Below, in pieces: positions 11,255 through 23,749 of a stretch of 64,000 nucleotides of DNA (its first letter is position 1; every line of letters begins with the position of its first letter). The translations under genes were made by a program, and so were the position numbers. The notes under the pieces were generated by a model. It worked only from the letters and a program-made list of their open reading frames with translations, did not search any database and was not told the origin of the DNA. The stretch is from an uncultured Anaerolineaceae bacterium (GTDB lineage Bacteria; Chloroflexota; Anaerolineae; Aggregatilineales; Phototrophicaceae). The stretch lies in assembly GCA_964395665.1 (NCBI GenBank), contig CAYNDH010000001.1, positions 161 to 64,160 on the forward strand, written 5' to 3'.

Positions 11255-12160
11255 TTAATTAAGCCAGATAGGATTGGACCATGCACGCCGCCCGAATGCA
11301 TCCCGGACGATCACCCTGATATACGGACTCTTGAAGCGGTTGATTTTAATCTCCGCACTGGTGACGCCGTTGCCATAGACGGAGGTCGCCTGCGAACCAA
11401 TGCCGACCACAAAAATTCGCTCCGCCGGTGAACAGCGTATGGTGAGCGTGTCGCCGGGTGTGAGCTGAATATCATGGATTTCCGGCCCGGTACTGGAATA
11501 AAAATATCCGGCCTTCAGCGCATCCAGCAAAGCTTCAGGGGATAATTCCTCAGCTTTCACTATCACCCACCCGAGCATGGCATCAGCGCGTGCCGGTTCA
11601 AAGTGGGCATCGTCGGTTGCAAGGGCGGTATACCGATGGCCGCGTGCCAGCAGAATATCCAGCAGTGACCAGCCGCCGGGCTTGTCATTATGGTCAATCG
11701 ACGTCCCGTTAAAGATCTCGACAGCGTGGACATCGCCAAGTGTCACGGCATCCGCTTCGGGCAGATGATACCAGTCAGGGTGTGCAATCGCGACAAATGC
11801 CCCGGCATCGGCTGCACGCTGTGCCAGTGAGGGGCCGGTTTCGCCTTCGGCATTCGGCGCGAAATCCAGCGGCAGCCCGACCGCCAGAATGTGCCACAGA
11901 TATTCGAACGTGATCCCCGGCGCATGAAGCTCCGCCCCGATCAGCGTCGTGAAATTTTCCGATCGGAACGGGGTTGTATCCGCAATAGCCCAGCCGAACT
12001 GCTTCATAAAATGATCGGTCAGGGCGATGAAATCATACCCACCTTCCTGATAGAGTCGGCATACCTGCTCCGGCTCCAGCCGTCCATCAGAAAGTGTGGA
12101 ATGCGTATGAAGATTGCCCCTGTAAAACCTGCCGGGACGCGCAAATGGCAACTGATGCAT
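11255..12160 (-). CDS. PHP-domain metal-dependent phosphoesterase
   Basis: 301 aa. It has GNLHTHSTLSDG and YDFIALTDH motifs plus later His/Asp ligands (IAHPDW, TDDAH). Confidence 0.8.
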   Translation of the reverse strand: MHQLPFARPGRFYRGNLHTHSTLSDGRLEPEQVCRLYQEGGYDFIALTDHFMKQFGWAIADTTPFRSENFTTLIGAELHAPGITFEYLWHILAVGLPLDFAPNAEGETGPSLAQRAADAGAFVAIAHPDWYHLPEADAVTLGDVHAVEIFNGTSIDHNDKPGGWSLLDILLARGHRYTALATDDAHFEPARADAMLGWVIVKAEELSPEALLDALKAGYFYSSTGPEIHDIQLTPGDTLTIRCSPAERIFVVGIGSQATSVYGNGVTSAEIKINRFKSPYIRVIVRDAFGRRAWSNPIWLN

Positions 12161-12182
12161 AATGAAACCTCATTGAGTGAAA

Positions 12183-14027
12183 CTATAACTGCCAGAATAG
12201 AATCATGCCGAGCATCAATGTCAGAAATGAAAGGATCAGCATCGGCCAACCGAGTTTGAAATAATCTCCAAACTGATAATTGCCCGGCCCCATCATCAGC
12301 ATGTTCACCGGGTGGGCAATCGGCGAAAGATACGCCGCAGAACATCCCAGCGCCGTGGCAACAGCAATCGCCTGCGGATTGGTCCCCATGATCAGCGCCG
12401 CGCTGATCGCAATCGGCCCGGTCACAAGCACCGTGACCTGTCCGCCCATCAGATGTGTCAGGGCGCAACTCAGCAGAAAACATCCCGCCGCCAGCCCCAG
12501 CGGACCAAAAGGCTGAACCAGACTTAAGAAATGCTGGCCGATCACTTGCGCCAGACCGGTATATTCCATCGCCGCCCCGACCGAGTACATAGCAGCGATG
12601 AGGAAAATCACCTGCCATTCGACACTGCGATAGGCATCCTCAATCGGGATAAGATGGGCCGCCATCAGAATAGTCGCTGCAACCAGCATGGCGATATAAA
12701 CCGGCGCGCCGAGTACCGATGCAGCGATAGCCGCCGCCGTCACGGACACCGCCAGCAGTGCTGGACCTCTCTGCAGGGGCTGATCGCTGCTATCCGTCTC
12801 CAGCACGATGAACATCTCGTTGTGCTGAAGTTTTCGCAGATCCGCACGGCTGCCGACCAGCAGAAAGGTATCGCCGCGCTTGAGTTCAAAATCCGCGACA
12901 TCGGTGCGATAGCTGCGGCCATCACGCAGCAGCGCCACCGCGGTAAAATTGAAACGCTTGCGAAAATTGAGTTGTTTGAGGGTTTGCCCCTCTCCCCGAC
13001 TGTGTGGGGCAAGGATCATCTCAATAAAAGACACGCCGCGCTCACTGATGTGATTGTTCGTGTCATCGCGTCCGATCTCAAGCCCCTTGTTTGTGAGCTG
13101 CATGATGCGATCTTCACGGCCAACCATCAGCAGGATGTCATTCGGCCTGACCACCTGATCAGCCGTGGGGTAAAAAATCGCCTGACGCCCATGCCAGATC
13201 GCCAGAATACTCACGCCATAGCGCTGCCCGATCGCGATATCTGCCAGGGTGTGGTTGGCACATTCGGACCACGGCAGCACGCGGGCTTCCCACAGCCGTT
13301 CGCCAATCTGATAGATCTCTTCCAGTTCGCTGCCGGTGGGCACTGAAAGCATCTGCTCGGAGATCGGCGCACGTTCTGGCAGCATTCGCCGCCCCACAAA
13401 GATCAGGAAGAGGAAGCCCACCAGTGCGATCAGGCCGCCGGTGGGTGTAAAAGCCAGGACATCAAGCCCGGCCTGAGGTGGATCAATGCTCTGAAGCTGG
13501 GTATCAACGATGATATGGGCCGTGGTGAAATAGGTTGCGCTGCCGCCGAGCAGTGTCCCATATGCGATTGGGATCAGGAGCTTACTTGGCCGGATGCCGC
13601 TGCGTTTGGCAGCGACAATCGCACTGGGCAGCAGCAGCGCCCCCACCGCCACATTCAGCATGAATAGTGAAAATGCCATCGAAGCCGCGGTGAACAGCGC
13701 CACCATCCGCCGTTCGGAAGTGCCGCTCAGCCACAGGATGCGGCGTGCCATCCAGCTTGTGATGCCGATACGGTCAAATACCCGGCTAACGATAAACAGG
13801 CTGACCATCGTGATGACCACTGGCCGCCCGAAACCGGCAATCGCAATGGCAGTTACATCTGTTGAGGTTAACGGGCCGAAGATTTCAAAACCGAACAGTT
13901 GGGCAATAGCCAGACCGCAGGCGATAAACAGCGCCGCCAGATCGACCCGTATACGGCTTGAAATCGCCATTGCCAGCGGAACAACGACGATAATGATCAC
14001 CAGCAGTTGTGCAGCTGTGAGGGGCAT
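12183..14027 (-). CDS. SLC13/DASS-family anion permease with central TrkA-C (RCK_C) domains
   Basis: 614 aa. Multi-TM halves flank a soluble middle region with two RCK_C-like repeats (ADIAIGQRYGVSILAIWHG and LKRGDTFLLVG). Confidence 0.8.
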   Translation of the reverse strand: MPLTAAQLLVIIIVVVPLAMAISSRIRVDLAALFIACGLAIAQLFGFEIFGPLTSTDVTAIAIAGFGRPVVITMVSLFIVSRVFDRIGITSWMARRILWLSGTSERRMVALFTAASMAFSLFMLNVAVGALLLPSAIVAAKRSGIRPSKLLIPIAYGTLLGGSATYFTTAHIIVDTQLQSIDPPQAGLDVLAFTPTGGLIALVGFLFLIFVGRRMLPERAPISEQMLSVPTGSELEEIYQIGERLWEARVLPWSECANHTLADIAIGQRYGVSILAIWHGRQAIFYPTADQVVRPNDILLMVGREDRIMQLTNKGLEIGRDDTNNHISERGVSFIEMILAPHSRGEGQTLKQLNFRKRFNFTAVALLRDGRSYRTDVADFELKRGDTFLLVGSRADLRKLQHNEMFIVLETDSSDQPLQRGPALLAVSVTAAAIAASVLGAPVYIAMLVAATILMAAHLIPIEDAYRSVEWQVIFLIAAMYSVGAAMEYTGLAQVIGQHFLSLVQPFGPLGLAAGCFLLSCALTHLMGGQVTVLVTGPIAISAALIMGTNPQAIAVATALGCSAAYLSPIAHPVNMLMMGPGNYQFGDYFKLGWPMLILSFLTLMLGMILFWQL

Positions 14028-14034
14028 AGGAACG

Positions 14035-16092
14035 CTATCCCAACTCAGGCTGACAATAGCGATTCACCCAGTCCAGAATGCGACGCAGATGCTCCACCCG
14101 ATGCTCTGGTTCTCCGGCCCGGGTTAGCTCGTGTCCGTCCCGTGGAAAGCGGACAAATTCGGTTTCGACGCCAAGACGCCGCAGATAGCCGAATAACTGC
14201 TCCGCTTCGGAGATCGGCACACGGTAGTCGTTCTCGCTGTGGATAATCAGCAGCGGCGTTTTGATTTTATAGGCATGTGCCAGCGGGGATTGTTCCCACA
14301 GATACTGCGGGTTATCGGTCGGCAGCGTGCCGAATTCGTTCAGTACAAACGTCGGGATATCGGTCGTGCCAAAAAAGCTAAGCAGGTTATAGACCCCGCG
14401 CTGCGTCACTGCCGCACAGAAGCGGTCGGTATGACCGACCGTCCACACGGTCATATAACCGCCGTAGGACCCGCCGGTGATCGCCATGCGTTCGGTGTCG
14501 ATAAATCCTTTTGCAATCAGGGCATCGACGCCCGCCATGATGTCACCATAGGCCATCTCTCCCCAGCCACCCGCATGGACCGCCATCTGAAAGGCTTCAC
14601 CATAACCGCCGCTGCCCCTGGGATTGCAGAACATCACCACATAACCCTGTGCGGCCATATTCTGCCACTCATACCATTCGGTCGGGTTACCTGGTCCCCA
14701 CATGATATGCGGTCCGCCGTGGACATACAGCAGGAACGGGTATTTTTTGCCGGTTTCGAAATCCGGTGGCAGCAGATACCAGCCTTCGATTTCCTGCCCA
14801 TCCGGGGCCTGCCAACGGAGCGCCTGATAAGGCTGATTGAAGATCTGATCCAGCAGCGGCTGATTGAAATACGTCAGCACTTCAGGCTGTGCAAGGTCGG
14901 ATGTCAGCATAAACGCTTCCTGAAGCCGGTCCTGCGTGCTGGCGATGAGCGCGATTTTCGGATCACCCGTATTCTGAAGATCGCCAGACAGTGCGATGTC
15001 AAACGATTCGATCCGCCAATCCCCTGTCAATACCGGTTCCGCCTGCCCGCTGTCCGGAGAAGCGCGATACAGACCAATTGAACCGGTATGTTCCGCCGTG
15101 AAATACAGGTGATCGCGATGCCAGCGCATGGCAGTCGGCGCGACATCCAGTTCGAGATTAAGATCACGAACTTCTCCGCCTTCAGCCGATACCACGCTCA
15201 CCCGATTGAGGCGCATACTGGCTTTATCTTCGGGGAAGCGCATGAACGCCAGCCAGCGTCCGTCCGGGGACGGCACAGGCTGCACATCGGTCTGTTCGCC
15301 ATGATTGAACGGTATCTCGGCCCCGCTATCTATATCAATCCGATATATGCGGCTCTGGCGATAGGGTTCATCGGCTTCGGGCTTCGCAGCACGGGCAGTC
15401 CAGATGAAGCGGCCATCCGGGGACCAGTGCGGCTCCTGATAACTCGCATCCGCCGATGTCAGGCGGTGCGGTTTCGCCCCTTCCGCAGTATCGATCACAT
15501 AAATCTGTGCATAGCGGTCGGTGGTATAAGATACGCCTACCCGATACGGAATTCGGCGGACTACACGCGGATCGGTTTTGCGATTCTCCGCATCCTCACG
15601 TCGTTCCGCCTGCGCCTTGAGTTCGAACCGATCCGGCTTCTGGTCTTCCGGCACAGGTGTTTCATCTTCACGTGCCATCTCATCACGATTAACACTTGCC
15701 AGAAAGACGATCTGCTGTCCGTCGGGTGACCAGTTAAAACTGCTCACGCCGTTGGGATGCTGCGTCAGTTGGCGGGCTTCACCACCGCCAACCGACATCG
15801 ACATCAGAAAAATCTGGGGCTTCTCACCTCTGCCAGATAGAAACGCCAGCCACCGGCCATCTGGTGACCAGCGCGGCATACTGTCTTTGTTACTGCGTGT
15901 AAACTGCCAGTGATCGTGCTCTGGAGAGTCAGGATCACTGATCCAGAGATTGCGTTTGTACTGATTACCCGCCTGATCGAGATCAACGCGGACATAAGCT
16001 GTCCAGCGTCCATCCGGGCTGATCCGAATATCTTCAAGGAACTTCTGAAGATAAAGGTCATTCAGGGTAATCGCCCGTTTTTCTGATGCCAT
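14035..16092 (-). CDS. S9 family serine peptidase (acylaminoacyl/prolyl oligopeptidase type) with beta-propeller N-domain
   Basis: 685 aa. Repeated SPDGRW propeller motifs, catalytic GGSYGGYM (GxSxGG), and C-terminal HSENDYRV / DGHEL for the Asp and His residues. Confidence 0.9.
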   Translation of the reverse strand: MASEKRAITLNDLYLQKFLEDIRISPDGRWTAYVRVDLDQAGNQYKRNLWISDPDSPEHDHWQFTRSNKDSMPRWSPDGRWLAFLSGRGEKPQIFLMSMSVGGGEARQLTQHPNGVSSFNWSPDGQQIVFLASVNRDEMAREDETPVPEDQKPDRFELKAQAERREDAENRKTDPRVVRRIPYRVGVSYTTDRYAQIYVIDTAEGAKPHRLTSADASYQEPHWSPDGRFIWTARAAKPEADEPYRQSRIYRIDIDSGAEIPFNHGEQTDVQPVPSPDGRWLAFMRFPEDKASMRLNRVSVVSAEGGEVRDLNLELDVAPTAMRWHRDHLYFTAEHTGSIGLYRASPDSGQAEPVLTGDWRIESFDIALSGDLQNTGDPKIALIASTQDRLQEAFMLTSDLAQPEVLTYFNQPLLDQIFNQPYQALRWQAPDGQEIEGWYLLPPDFETGKKYPFLLYVHGGPHIMWGPGNPTEWYEWQNMAAQGYVVMFCNPRGSGGYGEAFQMAVHAGGWGEMAYGDIMAGVDALIAKGFIDTERMAITGGSYGGYMTVWTVGHTDRFCAAVTQRGVYNLLSFFGTTDIPTFVLNEFGTLPTDNPQYLWEQSPLAHAYKIKTPLLIIHSENDYRVPISEAEQLFGYLRRLGVETEFVRFPRDGHELTRAGEPEHRVEHLRRILDWVNRYCQPELG

Positions 16093-16136
16093 AAAAGCCT
16101 GATTTCTTTAAAGTGAAGCTCAGCGAAGGGATGATT

Positions 16137-17510
16137 TTACCGACCGATGAATAATTCCGAGTGCGACTCTTCGACTTCTGCAATAGCACGTTCGAAGATG
16201 TCGAGACCTTTTTCCATCAGTTCCTGACTGATCATCAGCGGCGGCGCAATGCGAATTGCACTTGAACCACAGGCCAGTGTCAGCAGGCCATTGAGATAGC
16301 AGGCATTCACGATTTCATCGCGGAATTCCGCCCGTGGATGTCCAACCTCATCGGAGAAATCAACACCGATCATCAGCCCGCGCCCATCAATCCGGGTGAT
16401 GGAGGGATGATTGAGCCGGAAGCGCTCAAGCCGTTCCATCGTGTATTGACCGAGATCGGACGCATTTTGCAGCAGACCTTCTTCTTCGATCACGGCGAGT
16501 GTGGCATTCGCAGCGGCACAGGCCACCGGATTTCCGCCAAAGGTGCTGGCATGTGCGCCGGGGACCCACTGCCCCATGACATCCTTATGGGTGATGATCG
16601 CGCCAATCGGGAAGCCAGAGCCAAGCCCCTTCGCCGTGCAGACAATATCCGGCTTGACGCCGGTATGCTCCACCGCCCACCACTGACCGGTACGGCCCAC
16701 ACCCGACTGAATCTCATCGACGATCAGCAGGATGCCGTACTTGTCGCACAGTGCGCGCAGTTTGGGGAAGAAGTCATCACGCGGGACAATATAGCCGCCT
16801 TCACCCTGAATCGGCTCGACCAGAATCGCGGCGATCTCATTGGCAGGGAACTTGCGTTTGATGATCACATCTTCGATGAAAGCTGCGGCATCGCCCCAGT
16901 CGAAGGAGTCATTCATCGCCTTTTCAGTCTCGATTTTCCCCGGATAGGGGACATGTTCCACACCGCCCGGGATGTGCGAGTAACCGGCACGCTGAATTGC
17001 TTTACTGGATGTGACCGACAGCGATCCCATGGTGCGCCCGTGGAAGCTGCCATAAAAGCCGATGACGTACTGGCGGCCTTCACGATAGCGAGCCAGCTTC
17101 AGTGCTGCTTCCACTGCTTCAGTGCCAGAATTACAGAAGTAGATCAGCTTGTCGTCGGGGGCTTCTGCATTGTGGATCGGTGTGATCTGCTGCAGGCGTT
17201 CGGCCAGTTCCACCTGCTGCGTGCAGAAGAAGTCCGTCGCGCCGATGTGGACATACTGTTCGCTCTGTTCGCGGATGGCTTCAATCACGCGATCATGACA
17301 ATGACCGGTAGAAAGCACCGCAATACCGGCAGCAAAATCAATATACTGGTTGCCGTCCACATCCCATACTTCCGCCCCTTTGCCGTGACTCATCACGAAG
17401 CCGTAAGAGCGTGTATAGGACGGTGAGAGCGTCTTCGTATCACGGGCGACGATTTTACGTGACTTCTCACTCGGGTCCCGAAAAATAAAACCATGTTCAA
17501 AAGTTGCCAT
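16137..17510 (-). CDS. Class-III PLP aminotransferase (GabT/ArgD-like)
   Basis: 457 aa. Motifs NSGTEAVEAALKLAR, EPIQGEGG, DEIQSGVGRTG, and TAKGLGSGFP containing the PLP lysine. Confidence 0.9.
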   Translation of the reverse strand: MATFEHGFIFRDPSEKSRKIVARDTKTLSPSYTRSYGFVMSHGKGAEVWDVDGNQYIDFAAGIAVLSTGHCHDRVIEAIREQSEQYVHIGATDFFCTQQVELAERLQQITPIHNAEAPDDKLIYFCNSGTEAVEAALKLARYREGRQYVIGFYGSFHGRTMGSLSVTSSKAIQRAGYSHIPGGVEHVPYPGKIETEKAMNDSFDWGDAAAFIEDVIIKRKFPANEIAAILVEPIQGEGGYIVPRDDFFPKLRALCDKYGILLIVDEIQSGVGRTGQWWAVEHTGVKPDIVCTAKGLGSGFPIGAIITHKDVMGQWVPGAHASTFGGNPVACAAANATLAVIEEEGLLQNASDLGQYTMERLERFRLNHPSITRIDGRGLMIGVDFSDEVGHPRAEFRDEIVNACYLNGLLTLACGSSAIRIAPPLMISQELMEKGLDIFERAIAEVEESHSELFIGR

Positions 17511-17719
17511 TAAAGTACAGTCTCCTTATTATTTCTCCCTGTAGCTGAGTCAGTATAGCAAGGTGTTCATCTGAAACCAATTGACAATTAAAAGTACATA
17601 AGCCCATGTAGAAAAATTGTGCTAAACTACAGGCCATTACAGGCACAATGCTGATAAGTCCACCTGCTCTTTGCACTGAAAATCACGGATAAGCACAGAT
17701 AAGCTGAAAAGACATCACT

Positions 17720-20359
<2,640 letters not shown>

Positions 20360-20392
20360 AGCCACCTGTCCGCATACAGACACACCTGACAG

Positions 20393-20428
20393 CCTCAGAT
20401 CGCCGTTCGTGTGATCTGAGGTTGTTCT
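20393..20428 (+). terminator. Rho-independent terminator after mutS
   Basis: 9-bp perfect stem cctcagatc (20393-20401) / gatctgagg (20413-20421) with an 11-nt loop, followed by ttgttct. Confidence 0.65.
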
Positions 20429-20490
20429 ACGCCGGGATAGAATGTTATGCTTGTGCCATTCCACACAAACAGGTCACAGGGGAAACACGG

Positions 20491-21381
20491 ATGACAGCAC
20501 AGATCATTGATGGCGAACAGATCGCCGCGAGACTTCGTGAAGAAATCGCACAGGATGCCGCTGCATTTCAGGCTCAGTACGGTTACGCGCCGGGGTTGGG
20601 CGTGGTGCTGGTCGGGGAAAATCCGGCATCGCAGATGTACGTCCGCATGAAGATGCGGACATCGAAAAAGGTCGGCATCGAAAGCTATCCCCATTATCTG
20701 CCGCAGGATGCCACACAGGAAGAGGTCGAAGCCGTCGTTCAGAAGCTGAATGAAGATCCCAGAGTCCACGGGATTCTGGTGCAGCTTCCGCTGCCTAAGC
20801 ATCTGAATGAGGAGCGTGTACTCGACCTGATCAACATCGAGAAAGACGCCGACGGCATCCATCCGCTGAATATGGGCCTGCTGGCGATGCGTGGCCGCGA
20901 ACCACTGTTTACACCGGCAACGCCGACCGGTTGCATGGTCCTGCTCAAAGAAGCCGGCGTCAACCTCTCTGGCGCGAATGCGGTCGTTGTCGGGCGCAGT
21001 AATATCGTCGGTACTCCCGTCGCGCTGATGCTGCTGCGCGAAAATGCCACCGTGACCGTCTGCCACAGCCGCACAAAAGACCTTGGCGCACATCTGGCAC
21101 AGGCTGATGTCGTGATCGCCGCCGCCGGTATCCCGGAATTTATCAGGGGCGAATGGCTGAAACCCGGCGCAGTGGTCATTGATGTGGGATCAAATGTTAT
21201 CGACGATCCAGCCGCTGAAAAAGGTTATCGCTATGTCGGCGATGTTGAGCTGGCAGCGGCGCAGGAAGTCGCCAGCGCCATTACGAAGGTCCCCGGCGGT
21301 GTCGGCCCGATGACGATTACCATGCTGCTGATGAACACCGTCCGGGCGGCGCGCCTCTCTGCACAGACAACACCCGCTTAG
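20491..21381 (+). CDS. folD: Bifunctional methylenetetrahydrofolate dehydrogenase/cyclohydrolase FolD
   Basis: I trimmed the start to ATG 20491 (MTAQIIDGEQIAARLREEI). Motifs YVRMKMRT, VQLPLP, GRSNIVG and PGGVGPMT are present. Confidence 0.95.
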   Translation: MTAQIIDGEQIAARLREEIAQDAAAFQAQYGYAPGLGVVLVGENPASQMYVRMKMRTSKKVGIESYPHYLPQDATQEEVEAVVQKLNEDPRVHGILVQLPLPKHLNEERVLDLINIEKDADGIHPLNMGLLAMRGREPLFTPATPTGCMVLLKEAGVNLSGANAVVVGRSNIVGTPVALMLLRENATVTVCHSRTKDLGAHLAQADVVIAAAGIPEFIRGEWLKPGAVVIDVGSNVIDDPAAEKGYRYVGDVELAAAQEVASAITKVPGGVGPMTITMLLMNTVRAARLSAQTTPA

Positions 21382-21460
21382 CTTGCAACTCTTTGCTCAC
21401 AACTGCTTGCTTGCAACTGCCTGCTTGCAACTGCCTGCTTGCAACCGATTAGCTTACACA
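21381..21460. repeat. Intergenic tandem repeat, 14-bp unit GCTTGCAACTGCCT, about 5.5 copies
   Basis: Units at 21381, 21395, 21409, 21423 and 21437, plus a partial unit at 21451. Copies 3 and 4 are identical and the flanking copies are degenerate. Most units carry the palindromic hexamer TTGCAA. The array fills the folD / amidohydrolase gap. Confidence 0.9.
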
Positions 21461-21485
21461 TCCAAAACAGGAAAATGCTGCAACG

Positions 21486-22844
21486 ATGACGACTCTTCTG
21501 GTTAAAAATATCGGCACGCTGGTCACAATGGATGACGAGCGCCGTGAAATCAGCAGCGGCGCGATGTTCATCCGCGATCATGTGATCGAAGCGGTGGGCA
21601 CGCTGGATGATATGCCGCAGCACGCAGAGGTAGTGCTGGATTTGCCCAATCACGTGGTGCTGCCGGGGCTGGTGAACACCCATCACCACATGTTCCAGAA
21701 TATGACACGGGCGGTCGCGCAGGATAATGAGCTGTTCGGCTGGCTGACGACGCTCTACCCCATCTGGTCAAACCTGACACCGGAAATGGTCCATGTGTCG
21801 GCAAAGCTGGCGATGGCCGAACTGATCCTGTCTGGCTGTACGACATCCAGCGATCACCTTTACCTGTATCTCAACGGTATTCAGATCGACGATGAGATCC
21901 GCGCCGCGCAGGAACTCGGCTTCCGCTTTCACCCGACACGCGGCTCGATGAGTGTCGGCGAGAGCAAAGGCGGCCTGCCCCCTGATCGCCTGGTGCAGGA
22001 TGAAGCGCTCATCCTGAAGGATACACAGCGCGCTATCGAGCAGCATCACGATGCCGAACGCTACTCGATGCTGCGCGTCGGCGTTGCACCGACGGCGCCG
22101 TTCAATGTGTCAATGGAGTTGATGCGCGAAGCAGCGGTGCTGGCGAGATCCTATCCGAAGGTGCGCCTGCACACGCATCTGGCGGAGAATATCAACGACA
22201 TCGAATACAGCCTTGAGAAATACAACATGCGCCCCGGTGAATTTGTAGAATCGCTCGGCTGGATCGGGGATGATGTGTGGCACGCGCACTGTGTCCAGTT
22301 AGATCATCAGGAAATCGACCTGTTTGCACGGACTGAAACCGGCGTCGCCCACTGCCCCTGTTCCAATATGCGGCTGGCTTCCGGCATCGCGCCCATTCGC
22401 GAGATGCTGCGCCAGAAGGTGCGCGTCGGTCTCGGTGTCGATGGTTCGGCATCGAATGACGGCGGGCATCTGCTAGGTGAAGCGCGTCAGGCAATGCTGC
22501 TTCAGCGCGTGAAAGATGCCGATCCGGCAGCGATGTCGGCCCGCACAGCGCTGGAAATGGCAACACGCGGCGGCGCATCGGTGCTGGGCCGTGATGATAT
22601 TGGTGCGCTGGCCCCCGGCATGGCGGCGGACTTTGTCGCTTTCCGTCTGGACCAGATGGCGTATACCGGCGCATGGCACGATCCGGCGGGGGCACTGCTG
22701 TTCTGCCAGCCCACACAGGCCGACGTGGTGGTGATTCACGGGCGCATCGTGGTCGAGCAGGGCCACTTCATCCATCTGGACCTGCCGATGCTGGTCGAGC
22801 AGCATAACCGGCTGTCGCGCCAGCTTTTCAACGCACCGCGTTAG
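21486..22844 (+). CDS. Amidohydrolase-superfamily deaminase (8-oxoguanine deaminase / AtzB-like)
   Basis: 452 aa. LPGLVNTHHHMFQNMTRA metal-binding HxH motif, HTHLAEN, HCV, and GVDGSASND. Confidence 0.8.
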   Translation: MTTLLVKNIGTLVTMDDERREISSGAMFIRDHVIEAVGTLDDMPQHAEVVLDLPNHVVLPGLVNTHHHMFQNMTRAVAQDNELFGWLTTLYPIWSNLTPEMVHVSAKLAMAELILSGCTTSSDHLYLYLNGIQIDDEIRAAQELGFRFHPTRGSMSVGESKGGLPPDRLVQDEALILKDTQRAIEQHHDAERYSMLRVGVAPTAPFNVSMELMREAAVLARSYPKVRLHTHLAENINDIEYSLEKYNMRPGEFVESLGWIGDDVWHAHCVQLDHQEIDLFARTETGVAHCPCSNMRLASGIAPIREMLRQKVRVGLGVDGSASNDGGHLLGEARQAMLLQRVKDADPAAMSARTALEMATRGGASVLGRDDIGALAPGMAADFVAFRLDQMAYTGAWHDPAGALLFCQPTQADVVVIHGRIVVEQGHFIHLDLPMLVEQHNRLSRQLFNAPR

Positions 22845-22864
22845 CCGATCCGCTGGTCTGCTGA

Positions 22865-23740
22865 ATGGGATTTCTGCGCCTCTCGACTTCATGTGCTGTC
22901 TTTGATGATGAGGGGCGCGTCCTGCTTTCGCTGCGCGGGGATCTCAACCAGTGGAATCTGCCCGGTGGCCGGGTGGATGCCCATGAGCGCCTGCCGGACG
23001 CCGCTGCACGCGAAGTCCGCGAAGAGACCGGTGTTGAGGTAAAGATCGAACAGGCTGTCGGGCTGTTTTACTGGCAGGGTTGGGACCGGCTGAACGTACT
23101 GTTTCATGCGCGGCCCATTGGCGGACACCTGACACAGCGCACCTTCGAAACACGGCAGAATCAGTTTACAGCCGTCGATCAGCTTCCCTCCATGCGCGAC
23201 GCCGACCTTGTCCATGCTGCGCTTGCCCACGCTGCGCCTGGGGCAGGGAAATCCGCGCTGCACATCCAGACCACGCCCCCTGAACAGCTCCAGCGGATAC
23301 GATGGGCGCTCCGCAGGCGCTATATCGCCAATCTGCTGCGCGGCAGACCGGAACCTCGTCATGTGCGCTTCAGACTTCAGGCCGTTGGCATCGTGATGGA
23401 CAGCACCAACCACAATATTCTGCTCGAAACCCATTCAGAGGGTATCCGGCTGCCTCGTGTGATCTGTGATGGCTCTGCACCATGGAGTCAGCTTCAGCGC
23501 ACATTGAAACCTGTGCTGTCAGATCATGTGGATTTTCAGTGGGCGGGATTGTGGCAGCGGACGGAGCGTAACACGGTGCAGTTTGTATTTTTCGCGCAGG
23601 CTGGCACTGTCGGAGACCGGGTACAACATCCATCCATACGCTGGCATCCAATTAATGCGAATGCGTTAGACAACCGTGATCAGGCATTCATCACACAGAC
23701 ACGAGCGCATCCGGATGAATTCTGGATGCTGCAAGCGTAA
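22865..23740 (+). CDS. Nudix hydrolase with extra C-terminal Nudix-like (box-less) half
   Basis: 291 aa. A complete Nudix box GGRVDAHERLPDAAAREVREETGV lies in the first half. The second half has similar spacing of hydrophobic strands but no REx2EE. Confidence 0.8.
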   Translation: MGFLRLSTSCAVFDDEGRVLLSLRGDLNQWNLPGGRVDAHERLPDAAAREVREETGVEVKIEQAVGLFYWQGWDRLNVLFHARPIGGHLTQRTFETRQNQFTAVDQLPSMRDADLVHAALAHAAPGAGKSALHIQTTPPEQLQRIRWALRRRYIANLLRGRPEPRHVRFRLQAVGIVMDSTNHNILLETHSEGIRLPRVICDGSAPWSQLQRTLKPVLSDHVDFQWAGLWQRTERNTVQFVFFAQAGTVGDRVQHPSIRWHPINANALDNRDQAFITQTRAHPDEFWMLQA

Positions 23741-23749
23741 GGCAGCCGG

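Noticed and set aside
16338-17426. 362-aa plus-strand ORF
   Set aside because: It lies entirely antisense to the class-III aminotransferase, whose PLP motifs are unambiguous.
17511-17719. Divergent promoter region between the aminotransferase gene and mutS (TTGACA at 17581-17586, three GATAAG words, a 7-bp hairpin attgtgc/gcacaat)
   Set aside because: No -35/-10 pair with canonical spacing could be assembled by eye. I left it unannotated rather than guess.
20360-20490. ZTP (pfl) or THF riboswitch upstream of folD
   Set aside because: I read the 130-nt leader. It contains only the mutS terminator hairpin, with none of the conserved ZTP or THF core sequences I know.
21381-21460. Possible CRISPR array
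   Set aside because: The units are 14 bp and directly abutting, with no spacers. There are no cas genes in the window, so this is a simple tandem repeat.
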